Below are positions 8,563-17,520 of a DNA stretch of 50,569 nt, piece by piece. The stretch is taken from the NCBI GenBank assembly GCA_044868105.1, contig JBIOWC010000122.1, forward strand, positions 1 to 50,569. The letters are read 5' to 3'. This DNA is from Blastocatellia bacterium. Its GTDB lineage: Bacteria; Acidobacteriota; Blastocatellia; UBA7656. A program made the position numbers and the translations under genes. Under the pieces are notes generated by a model. The model worked only from the letters and a program-made list of their open reading frames with translations. It ran no database searches and had not been told where the DNA came from. Position 1 is the stretch's first letter, and every line of letters begins with the position of its first letter.

Positions 8563-11500
8563 ATGTTGAATCGAATTTCGCCAACTTGCTCGTTCCTTTT
8601 ACTGGTTACAATTTTGCTCGCCGCCCTTTCCGCAGCTTGTAATAAAGGCGAAAAGCTCCCGGATAAATCTTCCGCAGAGTACCAAGAGGCGGTCAGAGAT
8701 TTTTACGTTGGCCTGGCCGCTTTGCAGGCGGGCGCCGATGCCCGCGCCGAAGAACGCTTGACCGAGGTGTCTCGTCTGGCGCCGGGTGAACCGGCGGCGT
8801 GGGCCAATCTGGGTCTGCTTGCTTTGCGCCAAAAAGAGTTCGATTCGGCAGCTCAGAAACTGGAAAGGGCGCATCAACTGGCGCCCGAAAACGGACAGAT
8901 CATCGCCTTGCAGGGAGCCCTCGAAAGCAGTCGCGGCAAATCTGCTGAGGCGATTACCTACCTGCGCAAGGCCATCAAACTCGACTCGCAAAACCTGCAG
9001 GCGGCCTATTCGCTGGCTCAGGAGGTCGAACGTCTCGGCGGCCAAGAGAGCGAAGCCGAAGCTCAAAGTCTGTTCGAAAAGATTCTTGAGACCCAGCCGG
9101 ATAATTTGGCGGTGTTGCTTGAAGTGACGCGCCTGGCGGCAAAACGCGGCGACGCCGAGACGTTGCGCCAGAGCGTCGCGCGCCTGGCGGCAAACGCAGC
9201 CTCATGGCCGGCCGAAGTCAAAGAGCCGCTCAGTGCTTTGCAAACCGCGGCCGAAGGGTCTGATCTGCGCCCTGTCGGAACGCGCGTTGCTTTCCTTCGC
9301 AACGTACTCTTACGGATTCCCGAATATCGCAACAGCTTAGCGGTCGTGAAACTCCCGACCGGTGAAATCGGGCTGCCGTTCCTGCGCCTGCTCAAGCTTC
9401 CATCGCCCAGCCCGTTGCCGGCGCCCGCTGATGAGGCGCTCACCTTTGAGGCGACGCCCGAACCGGCAATCGTCGCCGCCGGTTGGAGTTGGGCTGGACA
9501 CCTCTTTTTAGATGGAGAGACGGCGCCGATTCAGCTTGTCGCAAATGCCGGTCAAGTGCAGCCGGCCGGCAGCCCGGCGCTTACTTTTCCAGCCGGCAAC
9601 GCCGCCACGCCGCCGACGGCAAATGCGGTAGTGGCGCTGGACTTCAACTACGATTTCAAGACCGATCTGGTGCTTGCGGGCGCCGGCGGTGTGCGGGTTT
9701 TCAAACAGGAAAATGCCCGCTTCACCGAGGTCACCTCGGCGACGACTTTGCCGGCTTCAGTAACCGGCGGAAATTTTTCAAGCGCCTGGGCGGCGGACAT
9801 TGAAATGGACGGTGACCTCGATATCGTCCTTGCTCCGGTTGACGGCGCGCCGCTTGTGCTCAGGAATAACGGCGATGGCACCTTCAAAGAGGTGCAACCC
9901 TTTGCAGGGGTCTTTGGGCTTCGCGGTTTTGCCTGGGCCGACCTGGATGCGGATGGCGACCCCGACGCCACACTTTTAGATGGCCGAGGCGCGCTTCACT
10001 TTTTTGCCAACGAGCGCGGCAGCAGCTTTCGCGAACGTCCCGCGCCACCGGGCGTGAATTTGATTGCGGCCATCAATGTCACGGATGGTGATGGCGATGG
10101 GCTATTCGAGCTGCTGGCGCTCCAAACAAATGGCAGCGTGTTGCGCATCTCGGATAAAAACGAAGGTCGGGATTGGCAGACCACAGAAGTCATCAGCAGT
10201 TCAGAAAGCGCTGAATCAGTTGCTGTGGGCGCTGCACAACTGCTCATTGCCGATATGGATAATAACGGCGGCCTGGATATCGTCGTCGCCGGCCCGGCGA
10301 GCGCCACAATCTGGTTAGGTGACGCGCAGGGCAAATTCAACCGCCTCGCCGCTTCAATCGCTGCGCGCATCTTTTCGACCGCAGATTTTACCGGCGACGG
10401 CCGCCTCGATCTGGTCGGTTTATCGGCTGATGGCAAAGCCCTGCGGTTGGTCAATCGCGGCACGAAAAATTATCACTGGCAGACGGTTCGGCCACGCGCC
10501 GCCACCGCCACCGGCGACCAGCGCATCAATTCGTTCGGCATTGGCGGTGAGATGGAAATTCGTTCCGGCCTGCTCTTCCAGAAACAGTTGATTAAAGAGC
10601 CGGTCGTGCATTTCGGTTTGGGTGAACAGACGGAAAGCGATGTGGCGAGAATCGTCTGGCCGAACGGCGCGGTGCAGGCTGAATTTGAATTGAAAGCCGA
10701 TCAATCGGTTCTCGCCGAACAGCGTTTGAAAGGCTCGTGCCCGTCGCTCTTTGCCTGGGATGGCACTGGGCTGCGCTTTGTCAAAGATTGCGCGCCGTGG
10801 AGTCCGGCCATCGGCCTGCGCATCAATTTGCAGCAAACCGCCAGTATTTCGCAGATCGAAGAGTGGATGAAGATACGCGGCGATCAACTGGTCGCTAAAG
10901 ATGGCTTCTATGATCTGCGGGTGACCGCCGAGTTATGGGAAACCTATTACCTCGATCATTACTCGCTGATGGTGGTTGATCACCCGGCCGGTACAGACAT
11001 CTTTGCCGATGAGCGCACCGCAACGCCGCCGCCAGCGCTGGCCATCTATACCATGGCGACGCCGCGCCCGTTTGCCCGCGCTCAGGATGACAACGGTCAG
11101 GATGTGACGGAGATTGTTCGGGCGCTCGATAGCCGCTATCTGGATAACTTCGGACGCGGTCAGTATCAAGGCGCGACTCGCGACCATTATGTTGAACTGG
11201 AGCTGGACGATGCGGCGCCGCAAAGCGGCGCGCTCTGGCTGATTGCTCATGGCTGGCTGCACCCGACGGATGCGTCGGTCAATATCGCGCTCAGTCAAAA
11301 CCGCCAACCGCCGCCGCACGGCCTGGTTCTTGAAGTCGCCGACGGCAAAGGTGGTTGGGTGACGGCGCGTGACGCCATTGGCTTTCCGGCCGGCAAAAAC
11401 AAGACGATTTTAGTTGACCTCAACAATGTCTTCCGCCCCGGTGCGCCTCGACGTTTCCGCCTGCGCACGAATATGGAAATCTATTGGGACAAGCTCGAAT

Positions 11501-12033
11501 GGAGCACCGGCTTACCGTCAACCGAGATGAAGACCGAGCGCCTCGGGGCGGCGAGTGCAGAGCTTCGCTATCGGGGTTTTTCTGTTATGAGTCAAGCCAA
11601 CAAATCATCGCCGGAACTGCCGGACTATAACCACATCGCGACGACCACCCAAAAGTGGCGCGACCTTATCGGGTATTACACGCGCTACGGCGACATCGGA
11701 GCGCTATTGGCAAACGTCGACGACCGCATCGTGATTATGAATGCCGGTGATGAGATAGTGCTTCGCTTTGCCGCGCCGCCACCGCCTGCCGAAGGTTGGG
11801 TGCGCGATTTCGTGATGATTGGCAATGGCTGGATTAAAGATGGCGATTATAACTCGGTCTTTTCCAAGACGGTGCTTCCCTTGCCGGCGCGCGATTTGAC
11901 TGAATATACTAGTCTTCCAGAGCGCCTGGAGGATGATCCGGTCTATCGCCGCCACGCGCAAGATTGGCAGGAGTACCACACGCGTTATGTCACTCCCGAA
12001 GGTTTCCAGAACACCTTGAAGGTTAAACGATGA
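8563..12033 (+). CDS. Large lipoprotein: N-terminal TPR repeats + FG-GAP/VCBS repeats + ASPIC/UnbV-like segment + ~450-aa C-terminal domain of unknown function
   Basis: The ATG at 8563 gives MLNRISPTCSFLLLVTILLAALSAAC (lipobox). TPR-like helices follow (AWANLGLLALRQKEF..., LRKAIKLDSQN). FG-GAP motifs: DFNYDFKTDLVLAG, DIEMDGDLDIVLA, ADLDADGDPD, ADMDNNGGLDIVVAG, DFTGDGRLDLVG. UnbV-like INSFGIGGEMEIRSG...IVWPNG. The track start at 8368 is an unlikely extension. Confidence 0.85.
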   Translation: MLNRISPTCSFLLLVTILLAALSAACNKGEKLPDKSSAEYQEAVRDFYVGLAALQAGADARAEERLTEVSRLAPGEPAAWANLGLLALRQKEFDSAAQKLERAHQLAPENGQIIALQGALESSRGKSAEAITYLRKAIKLDSQNLQAAYSLAQEVERLGGQESEAEAQSLFEKILETQPDNLAVLLEVTRLAAKRGDAETLRQSVARLAANAASWPAEVKEPLSALQTAAEGSDLRPVGTRVAFLRNVLLRIPEYRNSLAVVKLPTGEIGLPFLRLLKLPSPSPLPAPADEALTFEATPEPAIVAAGWSWAGHLFLDGETAPIQLVANAGQVQPAGSPALTFPAGNAATPPTANAVVALDFNYDFKTDLVLAGAGGVRVFKQENARFTEVTSATTLPASVTGGNFSSAWAADIEMDGDLDIVLAPVDGAPLVLRNNGDGTFKEVQPFAGVFGLRGFAWADLDADGDPDATLLDGRGALHFFANERGSSFRERPAPPGVNLIAAINVTDGDGDGLFELLALQTNGSVLRISDKNEGRDWQTTEVISSSESAESVAVGAAQLLIADMDNNGGLDIVVAGPASATIWLGDAQGKFNRLAASIAARIFSTADFTGDGRLDLVGLSADGKALRLVNRGTKNYHWQTVRPRAATATGDQRINSFGIGGEMEIRSGLLFQKQLIKEPVVHFGLGEQTESDVARIVWPNGAVQAEFELKADQSVLAEQRLKGSCPSLFAWDGTGLRFVKDCAPWSPAIGLRINLQQTASISQIEEWMKIRGDQLVAKDGFYDLRVTAELWETYYLDHYSLMVVDHPAGTDIFADERTATPPPALAIYTMATPRPFARAQDDNGQDVTEIVRALDSRYLDNFGRGQYQGATRDHYVELELDDAAPQSGALWLIAHGWLHPTDASVNIALSQNRQPPPHGLVLEVADGKGGWVTARDAIGFPAGKNKTILVDLNNVFRPGAPRRFRLRTNMEIYWDKLEWSTGLPSTEMKTERLGAASAELRYRGFSVMSQANKSSPELPDYNHIATTTQKWRDLIGYYTRYGDIGALLANVDDRIVIMNAGDEIVLRFAAPPPPAEGWVRDFVMIGNGWIKDGDYNSVFSKTVLPLPARDLTEYTSLPERLEDDPVYRRHAQDWQEYHTRYVTPEGFQNTLKVKR

Positions 12034-12104
12034 AGTATGAACGATGAACAGTAGCGAATCTCTATTCTATTTATTGTTCGTCCTTCATCGTTCATCGTTT
12101 AACC
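12021..12104. repeat. Inverted repeat (14-bp perfect outer arms built from cgatgaa units) spanning the stop codon and the intergenic gap
   Basis: ggttaaacgatgaa (12021-12034) pairs with ttcatcgtttaacc (12091-12104). Inner gaacgatgaac / ttcatcgttc gives alternative pairings. Confidence 0.5.
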
Positions 12105-12123
12105 AGCTGATGGTTGTACAAAA

Positions 12124-13920
12124 ATGAATAAGCGCATTCCAAAAATAGTATTAACGATTATCTTCATTGCCCTCCTGGCGACGCCGCTTCTCGTCAGGAA
12201 ATTTTCTGAGCGCAATCGCGCTGCAAAATCCGGGACGGATACGTCGGCGGCTATCGGGCGCTACGGATTTCACCTGGAAGAGGTCGCCAAAGCTTCCGGT
12301 ATAAACTTTACCCACCAGGCGCCGAAACTCGATGCCAAACTCGACCACATCATGCCGCAGGTGGCTTCGGTGGGCGCGGCCGTATCGGTCGTCGATTTTG
12401 ACCGCGATGGCTGGCAGGACCTCTACATTACCAACAGCGGCGAAGGCAGCCTCAACAGCCTCTATCGCAATTTGGGGGATGGCACCTTTAAGGATGTCGC
12501 GTCCGAGTTAGGTGTTGCCGACCTCAATCAAAAAGAGAGCGGGGTTTCGATGGGCGCGGTCTGGGGCGATTACGACAATGACGGGTTTGAAGACCTCTTC
12601 GTTTATAAATGGGGGCGTCCCGAACTCTTCCATAATGACGCGGGGCGCGGCTTTACACGGGTCACCGAAAAAGCTGGATTGCCGGCCTGGGTGAATGCCG
12701 GTACGGCCATCTGGTTTGATTATGACCGCGACAGCCGGATAGACCTCTTTGTCGGCGGCTATTACGCAGAAGATGTCAATCTCTGGAATCTCACCACCAC
12801 CCGGATGATGCCCGAAAGTTTTGAGTACGCGCAAAACGGCGGGCGCAAATATCTCTTTCACAATCTCGGCGGCGGCGCCTTTGAAGAGGTCAGCGCGCAA
12901 CTCGGCATCAGCAGCCGGCGCTGGGCCTTTGCCGCTGCGGCCGCAGACCTGCGCGGCACCGGCTACCCCGATCTTTTTGTCGCCAATGACTACGGGGTTG
13001 CCGAGTTGTTCCTGAACGACGGCGGCAAACATTTCCGCGAAGCGGGCAAAGCGACCGGGGTTGGCTTTGCGCCCAAGAGCGGCATGAATGCGACGGTCGG
13101 CGACATTCTCAATAACGGAAAATTCGCCATCTATGTCTCGAACATTTCCGAAGAGGGGGTGTTGATACAGGGCAATAATCTCTGGGTGCCGAGCGAAGGC
13201 AGCGGCGGCGATAACCTCAAGTACGAAAATCTGGCGCGCGCTTTTGGCGTTGAACTCGGCGGCTGGAGTTTCGGGGCGCAGTTTGGCGACCTCAACAATG
13301 ACGGCAACCTCGACCTCTATCTCACCAACGGATATGTCTCCGATAACAAAGGCACCAGCTACTGGTACGATTTCTCTAAGGTCGCTGGCGGCAACACCTC
13401 GATTATCTCGGACGCCAAGAACTGGCCGCCGATGCAAGGGCGCAGCCTCTCGGGCTATCAACAAAAGTGTGTGTGGATTAACGACGGCGCCGGTAAATTC
13501 ACCGATGTTGCGCAAGCCGTCGGCGCGACCGACACCCAGGATGGCCGCTCGGTCGCCCTCGTCGATTTATGGAATCGAGGCGTGCTCGACGTTGTTGTAG
13601 CCAATCAGCGAGGTCCGCTGCTGGTCTATAAAAATACCGCCGCGCCGGAAAACCACTGGATCGCTTTCGAGCTTGAAGGCGTGGACAGTAACCGCAGCGC
13701 CATCGGGGCTCAGGTGCGCGTCTTCTGGAACGGCGTCGAGCAGGTGCAGGAAGTTTCCGGCGGTACAGGATTCTGCGCCCAGAATCAACGTCGCCTGCAT
13801 TTCGGCCTCGGTAAGGTATCGGACGTTGAGAAGGTTGTCATCCGCTGGCCTTCAGGTAAAATACAAACGATTGTCGCGCCAGAGATTGGCAAAATTCACA
13901 AAATAAAAGAGACCGTATGA
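12124..13920 (+). CDS. CRTAC1-family protein (FG-GAP/VCBS repeats + ASPIC/UnbV domain), N-terminal membrane anchor
   Basis: TM anchor IVLTIIFIALLATPLLV. FG-GAP motifs: DFDRDGWQDLYITN, DYDNDGFEDLFV, DYDRDSRIDLFVGG, DLNNDGNLDLYLTNG. UnbV tail: NRSAIGAQVRVFWNG...VVIRWPSG. Confidence 0.9.
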   Translation: MNKRIPKIVLTIIFIALLATPLLVRKFSERNRAAKSGTDTSAAIGRYGFHLEEVAKASGINFTHQAPKLDAKLDHIMPQVASVGAAVSVVDFDRDGWQDLYITNSGEGSLNSLYRNLGDGTFKDVASELGVADLNQKESGVSMGAVWGDYDNDGFEDLFVYKWGRPELFHNDAGRGFTRVTEKAGLPAWVNAGTAIWFDYDRDSRIDLFVGGYYAEDVNLWNLTTTRMMPESFEYAQNGGRKYLFHNLGGGAFEEVSAQLGISSRRWAFAAAAADLRGTGYPDLFVANDYGVAELFLNDGGKHFREAGKATGVGFAPKSGMNATVGDILNNGKFAIYVSNISEEGVLIQGNNLWVPSEGSGGDNLKYENLARAFGVELGGWSFGAQFGDLNNDGNLDLYLTNGYVSDNKGTSYWYDFSKVAGGNTSIISDAKNWPPMQGRSLSGYQQKCVWINDGAGKFTDVAQAVGATDTQDGRSVALVDLWNRGVLDVVVANQRGPLLVYKNTAAPENHWIAFELEGVDSNRSAIGAQVRVFWNGVEQVQEVSGGTGFCAQNQRRLHFGLGKVSDVEKVVIRWPSGKIQTIVAPEIGKIHKIKETV

Positions 13921-14807
13921 AGCAACCATCAGCATCATCGCTTCCTTCTCCCGCCCGGCCAGCCGTTCCCGAAGCGGCGACCCGGCGTGGTTTCCAATAT
14001 GACGGCCGGTTTACCGCGCCGATCCTGATTACCTTCATCCTTGTCGCCGGTCAACTCACCTTCGGATTCTTAGAGAGTTATACCAAGACGGCGCTCGCGA
14101 TTGCGACCAGCATCCTCATAGAGATTATTCTCGGGCGGCTGTTCACAGGTAAGTGGCCACATCTGGCGAGCGCTTACATTACCGGAATCAGCGTTGGCAT
14201 CCTCGTGCGCTCACCGGCACTCTGGCCCTATGCGCTGTGCGCTGCCATCAGCATCATGTCCAAATATGTCATCCGTGTGAAAGGTCGCCATATCTGGAAC
14301 CCGTCAAATCTCGGCATCTGCGCGATGCTTTTTCTAGCGCCCTTTGCCGTCGCCAGCCTGAGCGTTCAATGGGGTAATTACCTCTGGCCGATGCTGATTA
14401 TCTGGACGCTCGGTTCAATCATCATCTGGCGCCTCAAACGTTTTCACATCTGCGCCACTTATGTGCTCGCCTTCCTCGCCTTCTCTTTGTTGCGAAGCTG
14501 GATCACCGGTCATTCATTTCAGGCCGAGGTTGCGCCCATCACCGGACCGATGTATCAGCTATTTGTCTTCTTTATGATTACCGACCCGAAGACCACCGTG
14601 CATTCAAAATGGGGACAGTGTGTGGCGGCCTTTTGTGTCGCGCTGGTCGAGATGATTCTGCGCCTTGCTGAAATTGTCCACGCGCCTTATTACTCGCTCT
14701 TTCTCGTAGGGCCGGCGGCCAACCTGATTGAAATATGGTGGGCTTCACGCAAAAGTGCGACAACGGCTGAACCAACCTCTACGACCGAGCTTGCGGCTGT
14801 CGAGTAG
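13917..14807 (+). CDS. Polytopic membrane protein, UnbU-like / RnfD-NqrB superfamily
   Basis: An ATGA start/stop overlap with the upstream CRTAC1 gene suggests translational coupling. It has about 8 TM segments. HIWNPSN and FFMITDPKTT resemble the RnfD/NqrB and enediyne-cluster UnbU motifs, recalled from memory. Confidence 0.75.
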   Translation: MKQPSASSLPSPARPAVPEAATRRGFQYDGRFTAPILITFILVAGQLTFGFLESYTKTALAIATSILIEIILGRLFTGKWPHLASAYITGISVGILVRSPALWPYALCAAISIMSKYVIRVKGRHIWNPSNLGICAMLFLAPFAVASLSVQWGNYLWPMLIIWTLGSIIIWRLKRFHICATYVLAFLAFSLLRSWITGHSFQAEVAPITGPMYQLFVFFMITDPKTTVHSKWGQCVAAFCVALVEMILRLAEIVHAPYYSLFLVGPAANLIEIWWASRKSATTAEPTSTTELAAVE

Positions 14808-14955
14808 CGCAGTCGGGTTATTGACAGAGCGTCCTTGCCGTCAACTAACAATCAACCAACATGCAACTCGCTTGAGCGGGGTTAATTTGCTACTATGCAT
14901 GGCTTGCCGGAAACCGCCCTCTGTGGCGCTACTTAATCTATAAAGGGAGATTATC

Positions 14956-15303
14956 ATGTCCAACGACGATGTACTTGCCAATCAGCAAACTATCTTGAGC
15001 AATCAAAAAGAGATTCTCGCCAACCAGGAACAGATCAGAGCCAATCAGGATAAGCTTGATGAGATTGTAAAAAATCAAGCGGCGATACTCGCCAATCAGG
15101 AACAGATCAAGACCAATCAGGACAAACTCGACAAGGTGCTTGCCAACCAGGAACGCATAGAGGCCAATCAGGAAAAGATTCTCGCCAATCAAGAACAAGA
15201 TCCTTGCCAAGTAAGGAAGGATAGCGACGACTGCCAATCAGAGACTCGCAGCCTTTGCAGGTCAACGCCACCGCCAATGAATGTTGGCCGGCAGATTTGC
15301 TGA
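14956..15303 (+). CDS. Small heptad-repeat (ANQ) coiled-coil-like protein with Cys-rich tail
   Basis: RBS AGGGAG (14944-14949). Ten xxANQxx(I/L) units follow a 7-7-7-7-10-7-7-10-7-7 pattern. The 24-aa super-repeat ILANQEQI(R/K)xNQDKLDxxxxNQxx occurs twice. There is no signal peptide. The tail DPCQVRKDSDDCQSETRSLCRSTPPPMNVGRQIC may result from a 1-nt frameshift (see findings). Confidence 0.6.
   Translation: MSNDDVLANQQTILSNQKEILANQEQIRANQDKLDEIVKNQAAILANQEQIKTNQDKLDKVLANQERIEANQEKILANQEQDPCQVRKDSDDCQSETRSLCRSTPPPMNVGRQIC
14971..15198 (+). repeat. Tandem 21/30-nt coding repeats (gccaatcag core)
   Basis: The cores gccaatcag, gccaaccag, agcaatcaa and accaatcag recur every 21 or 30 nt. The antisense track ORF 14938-15237 is the mirror image of this periodicity. 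Confidence 0.9.
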
Positions 15304-15503
15304 GCGAGACGTTATGGTGCGGACGGCGATTTCGCACTTTCAATGTGGTAGGTGATTTCAACCGAGAAGCGTTGGCGATGGACGGCGATTGAACTTACCG
15401 GCACAGCGAATCATCCGGGTGTTGGAGCGGGTGGCCTCGTGGCGAGACTACCCGCAGAGACTGCGTCTCGAAACGTGCCGGAAATGATTTCCCTGGCTTT
15501 GGT

Positions 15504-16553
15504 TCATTTCGCCATCATGACCGTTTTGGGGTCAATCGTGATCTGTTTCAAACGTGCGGCAATCTCTGGCGGGATGGCCTCTTGATAGCGCCCACCCAGA
15601 TGTTTTGCCAGAAACCTTTCCGCCGCCACCATCATCGCCATCGCGTTGAGCGGACGCCGAAAACCGTGTCCCTCGTCGTTAGCCAGAAGATATTCAATCG
15701 GAAACCCGCGGTCGCGCAGCGCAATAACGATTTGGGTTTTTTCGCCGGTCGAAATTTTTACTTTATATAAATCGTGCCAACCCGGTTCGCGGTCGTTCAG
15801 ACCGATGTAAATAAAATCCGGTTCGGCTTTGGGAACGGCATATATTTCAGTCTTCACCTTTTCGGCATTGGTCAAATTTTTGGTAATGGGTCAGGGTGAA
15901 ATTAGGGGAATGAAAATATTTATCGGTAAAAGAACAGCGGTCTGTTGTCAGGGACAAGGTCATCTTCTGCTGGGGCGGAAAAGACGGATGGCGCTTTATC
16001 CGCCCCAGCAGATGGCGCTTTATCCGCCTTTTCCGCCTAATCAGAAGATAACTTTTTACTTGTCCAGAGATCACTGTTTACTGGTCGTTGGGCGGGACTT
16101 TCCTTTTTTAGCGCCAATCGCTGGCCAACCTCTTTCATCCTGACCCACTACTAAATTTTTTGCTGCGGGAATTCCTTCGACCGCCTCAGCCGGGTTTACT
16201 GCATAGAGGTTGAAATTTTCGTCGCCGGCCTGGTCTTTGACGAACAGAATTTTATTGTCCCAACTCCAAAAATATTCACTGATCGGACGCTTTGCTTCAC
16301 CGGTTAAGGGTTTCGCCTTATCGAAAGGCTCATGAGCCGCTTTCACCCAAATATTGCGAACGCCTTTTATAGGTTTCATGAAAGCGAGGTATTTGCCGTC
16401 CGGAGAAATTTGTGCTCCGGAAATTTCGGGAGTGCTGAAAAATAATTCACGATCAACGAGCGCGGGCTGTTGCGCCTCAATTTTTATATTAAAAGTTTTA
16501 AACGAAAGAACCAGAGCTGTAAAAACCAGAAATCTTTTAAGCATATGTTTCAT
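15504..16553 (-). pseudogene. Decayed S9-family (prolyl oligopeptidase/DPP-type) serine peptidase
   Basis: ORF 16071-16553 holds the signal peptide and first propeller blades (ISPDGKYLAFMKPIKGVRNIWV...DENFNLYAVNP). ORF 15504-15875 joins a later propeller piece (DFIYIGLNDREPGWHDLYKVKISTGEKT) directly to the extreme C-terminus (EYLLANDEGHGFRRPLN...). The catalytic Ser and Asp regions are missing, and about 260 bp of unrelated sequence separates the two pieces. Confidence 0.7.
15962..16049. repeat. 88-bp nested palindromic element with an internal 18-bp direct repeat
   Basis: Outer arms atcttctg (15962-15969) / cagaagat (16042-16049). A 12-bp stem is formed by ctgctggggcgg (15967-15978) / ccgccccagcag (16000-16011). 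A competing stem is ggcggaaaag / cttttccgcc. gatggcgctttatccgcc occurs twice (15988-16005 and 16012-16029). Confidence 0.6.
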
Positions 16554-16680
16554 TTCCTTATCGGTGATAATGAGCTAACGGGTAATGATCTAGGTCACTG
16601 AAAAGACCGTGAACAGGTTTGCGATGAATGGGGATAGAAAAGCGGCGAAGTAACGGCAAGATCAGGCAAAGTGGATTTAT
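16554..16680 (-). repeat. Copy A, gene-proximal segment of a duplicated upstream module
   Basis: About 80% identical by eye to 25364-25513. Shared blocks are gagctaa..taatgatcta..gtgaacaggtttgcga(t/c)gaatgggg(a/g)tagaaaagcggcg..taacggcaa..ggatttat. In both copies it abuts the start codon of a secreted hydrolase gene. Confidence 0.7.
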
Positions 16681-16692
16681 GCGTTCATCACG

Positions 16693-17520
16693 CTATCGCG
16701 CTTCGTCCAGTAGTCGTTGAAGCTCAGGGCGATAACCGCGGCTTGCTTTCAGGCGTTCGCCACTGGTCAAAGTGACGATGTATTCGCCTTTAATAAGGGG
16801 CCGGATGTCTTTGATGCGCTCGATATTCACGATGGTCGAACGGTGAATTCTGAGGAATTTTCGGGGATCCAATTTGGCTTGAAAGGTTCCCATGGTTTCG
16901 CGAATCAAATGGGTACCGCTCGCGCTGTGCAGACTCAAATAATCACCCGCGCCTTCGACCCAATCAATCTCTTCGATCTTCAGAAAATAAATGCCCCCGC
17001 TTGATTTTATGACCACTCGATCAAGCGGCTCTTGTTGAGCCGCCCTTTCCGATTTTCGGTTATCCGCTGGCGCCGGCGATTCAGCGGTTTTTACTTTCAT
17101 GTCCTGCAGCACGGCGAACAAACTCTCGCTCATTTCGCCGATTTTTTGTTGCCGGACGAAGGTTTTGGCTCTTTGCAAAGCGCTGTTGAAGCGGTCGTGA
17201 TCGAAAGGCTTGAGCAGATAGTCGAGCGCGTGCGCCTCGAATGCGCGAAGGGCGTATTTATCATATGCGGTCACGAAAACGGTCACCGGCATGCGCTTTG
17301 CCCCGACCTCTTCGATAACCTGAAAGCCGTCCATTTCCGGCATCTGGATGTCAAGAAAAACAATGTCCGGAAGCTGCTCGCGGATTGCGGTCACCGCCTC
17401 TTTGCCGTTGCGACACTCGCCAATCACTTCCATTTCGGGGTCACCGCCCAGCATCACAACGAGCGCCTCGCGGGCCAGTGATTCATCGTCAACGACAAGG
17501 GCGCGGATTTTTCGATTCAC
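16693..17520 (-). CDS. LytR/AlgR-family response regulator (REC + LytTR DNA-binding domain)
   Basis: REC motifs VVDDE and DIVFLDIQMPEMDG. LytTR tail: IYFLKIEEIDWVEGAGDYLSLHSASGTHLIRETMGTFQAKL...FLRIHRSTIVNIERI. The GTG start forms a GTGA overlap with the kinase stop. Confidence 0.9.
   Translation of the reverse strand: MNRKIRALVVDDESLAREALVVMLGGDPEMEVIGECRNGKEAVTAIREQLPDIVFLDIQMPEMDGFQVIEEVGAKRMPVTVFVTAYDKYALRAFEAHALDYLLKPFDHDRFNSALQRAKTFVRQQKIGEMSESLFAVLQDMKVKTAESPAPADNRKSERAAQQEPLDRVVIKSSGGIYFLKIEEIDWVEGAGDYLSLHSASGTHLIRETMGTFQAKLDPRKFLRIHRSTIVNIERIKDIRPLIKGEYIVTLTSGERLKASRGYRPELQRLLDEAR

Noticed and set aside
12508-13515. 335-aa antisense ORF opposite the CRTAC1 gene.
   Set aside because: The same reasoning applies. 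The sense frame has regular FG-GAP motifs, and the antisense product is featureless.
14938-15237. 99-aa minus-strand ORF (LFLIGENLFLIG...) overlapping the ANQ repeat gene.
   Set aside because: It is a mirror image of the tandem repeat. The plus-strand ORF has an RBS and an ATG, so I treated the minus frame as an artefact of the repeat periodicity.
15321-15390. 11-bp direct repeat ggacggcgatt (15321-15331 and 15380-15390) downstream of the ANQ gene.
   Set aside because: It is short and isolated, with no associated structure or ORF, and is compatible with chance.
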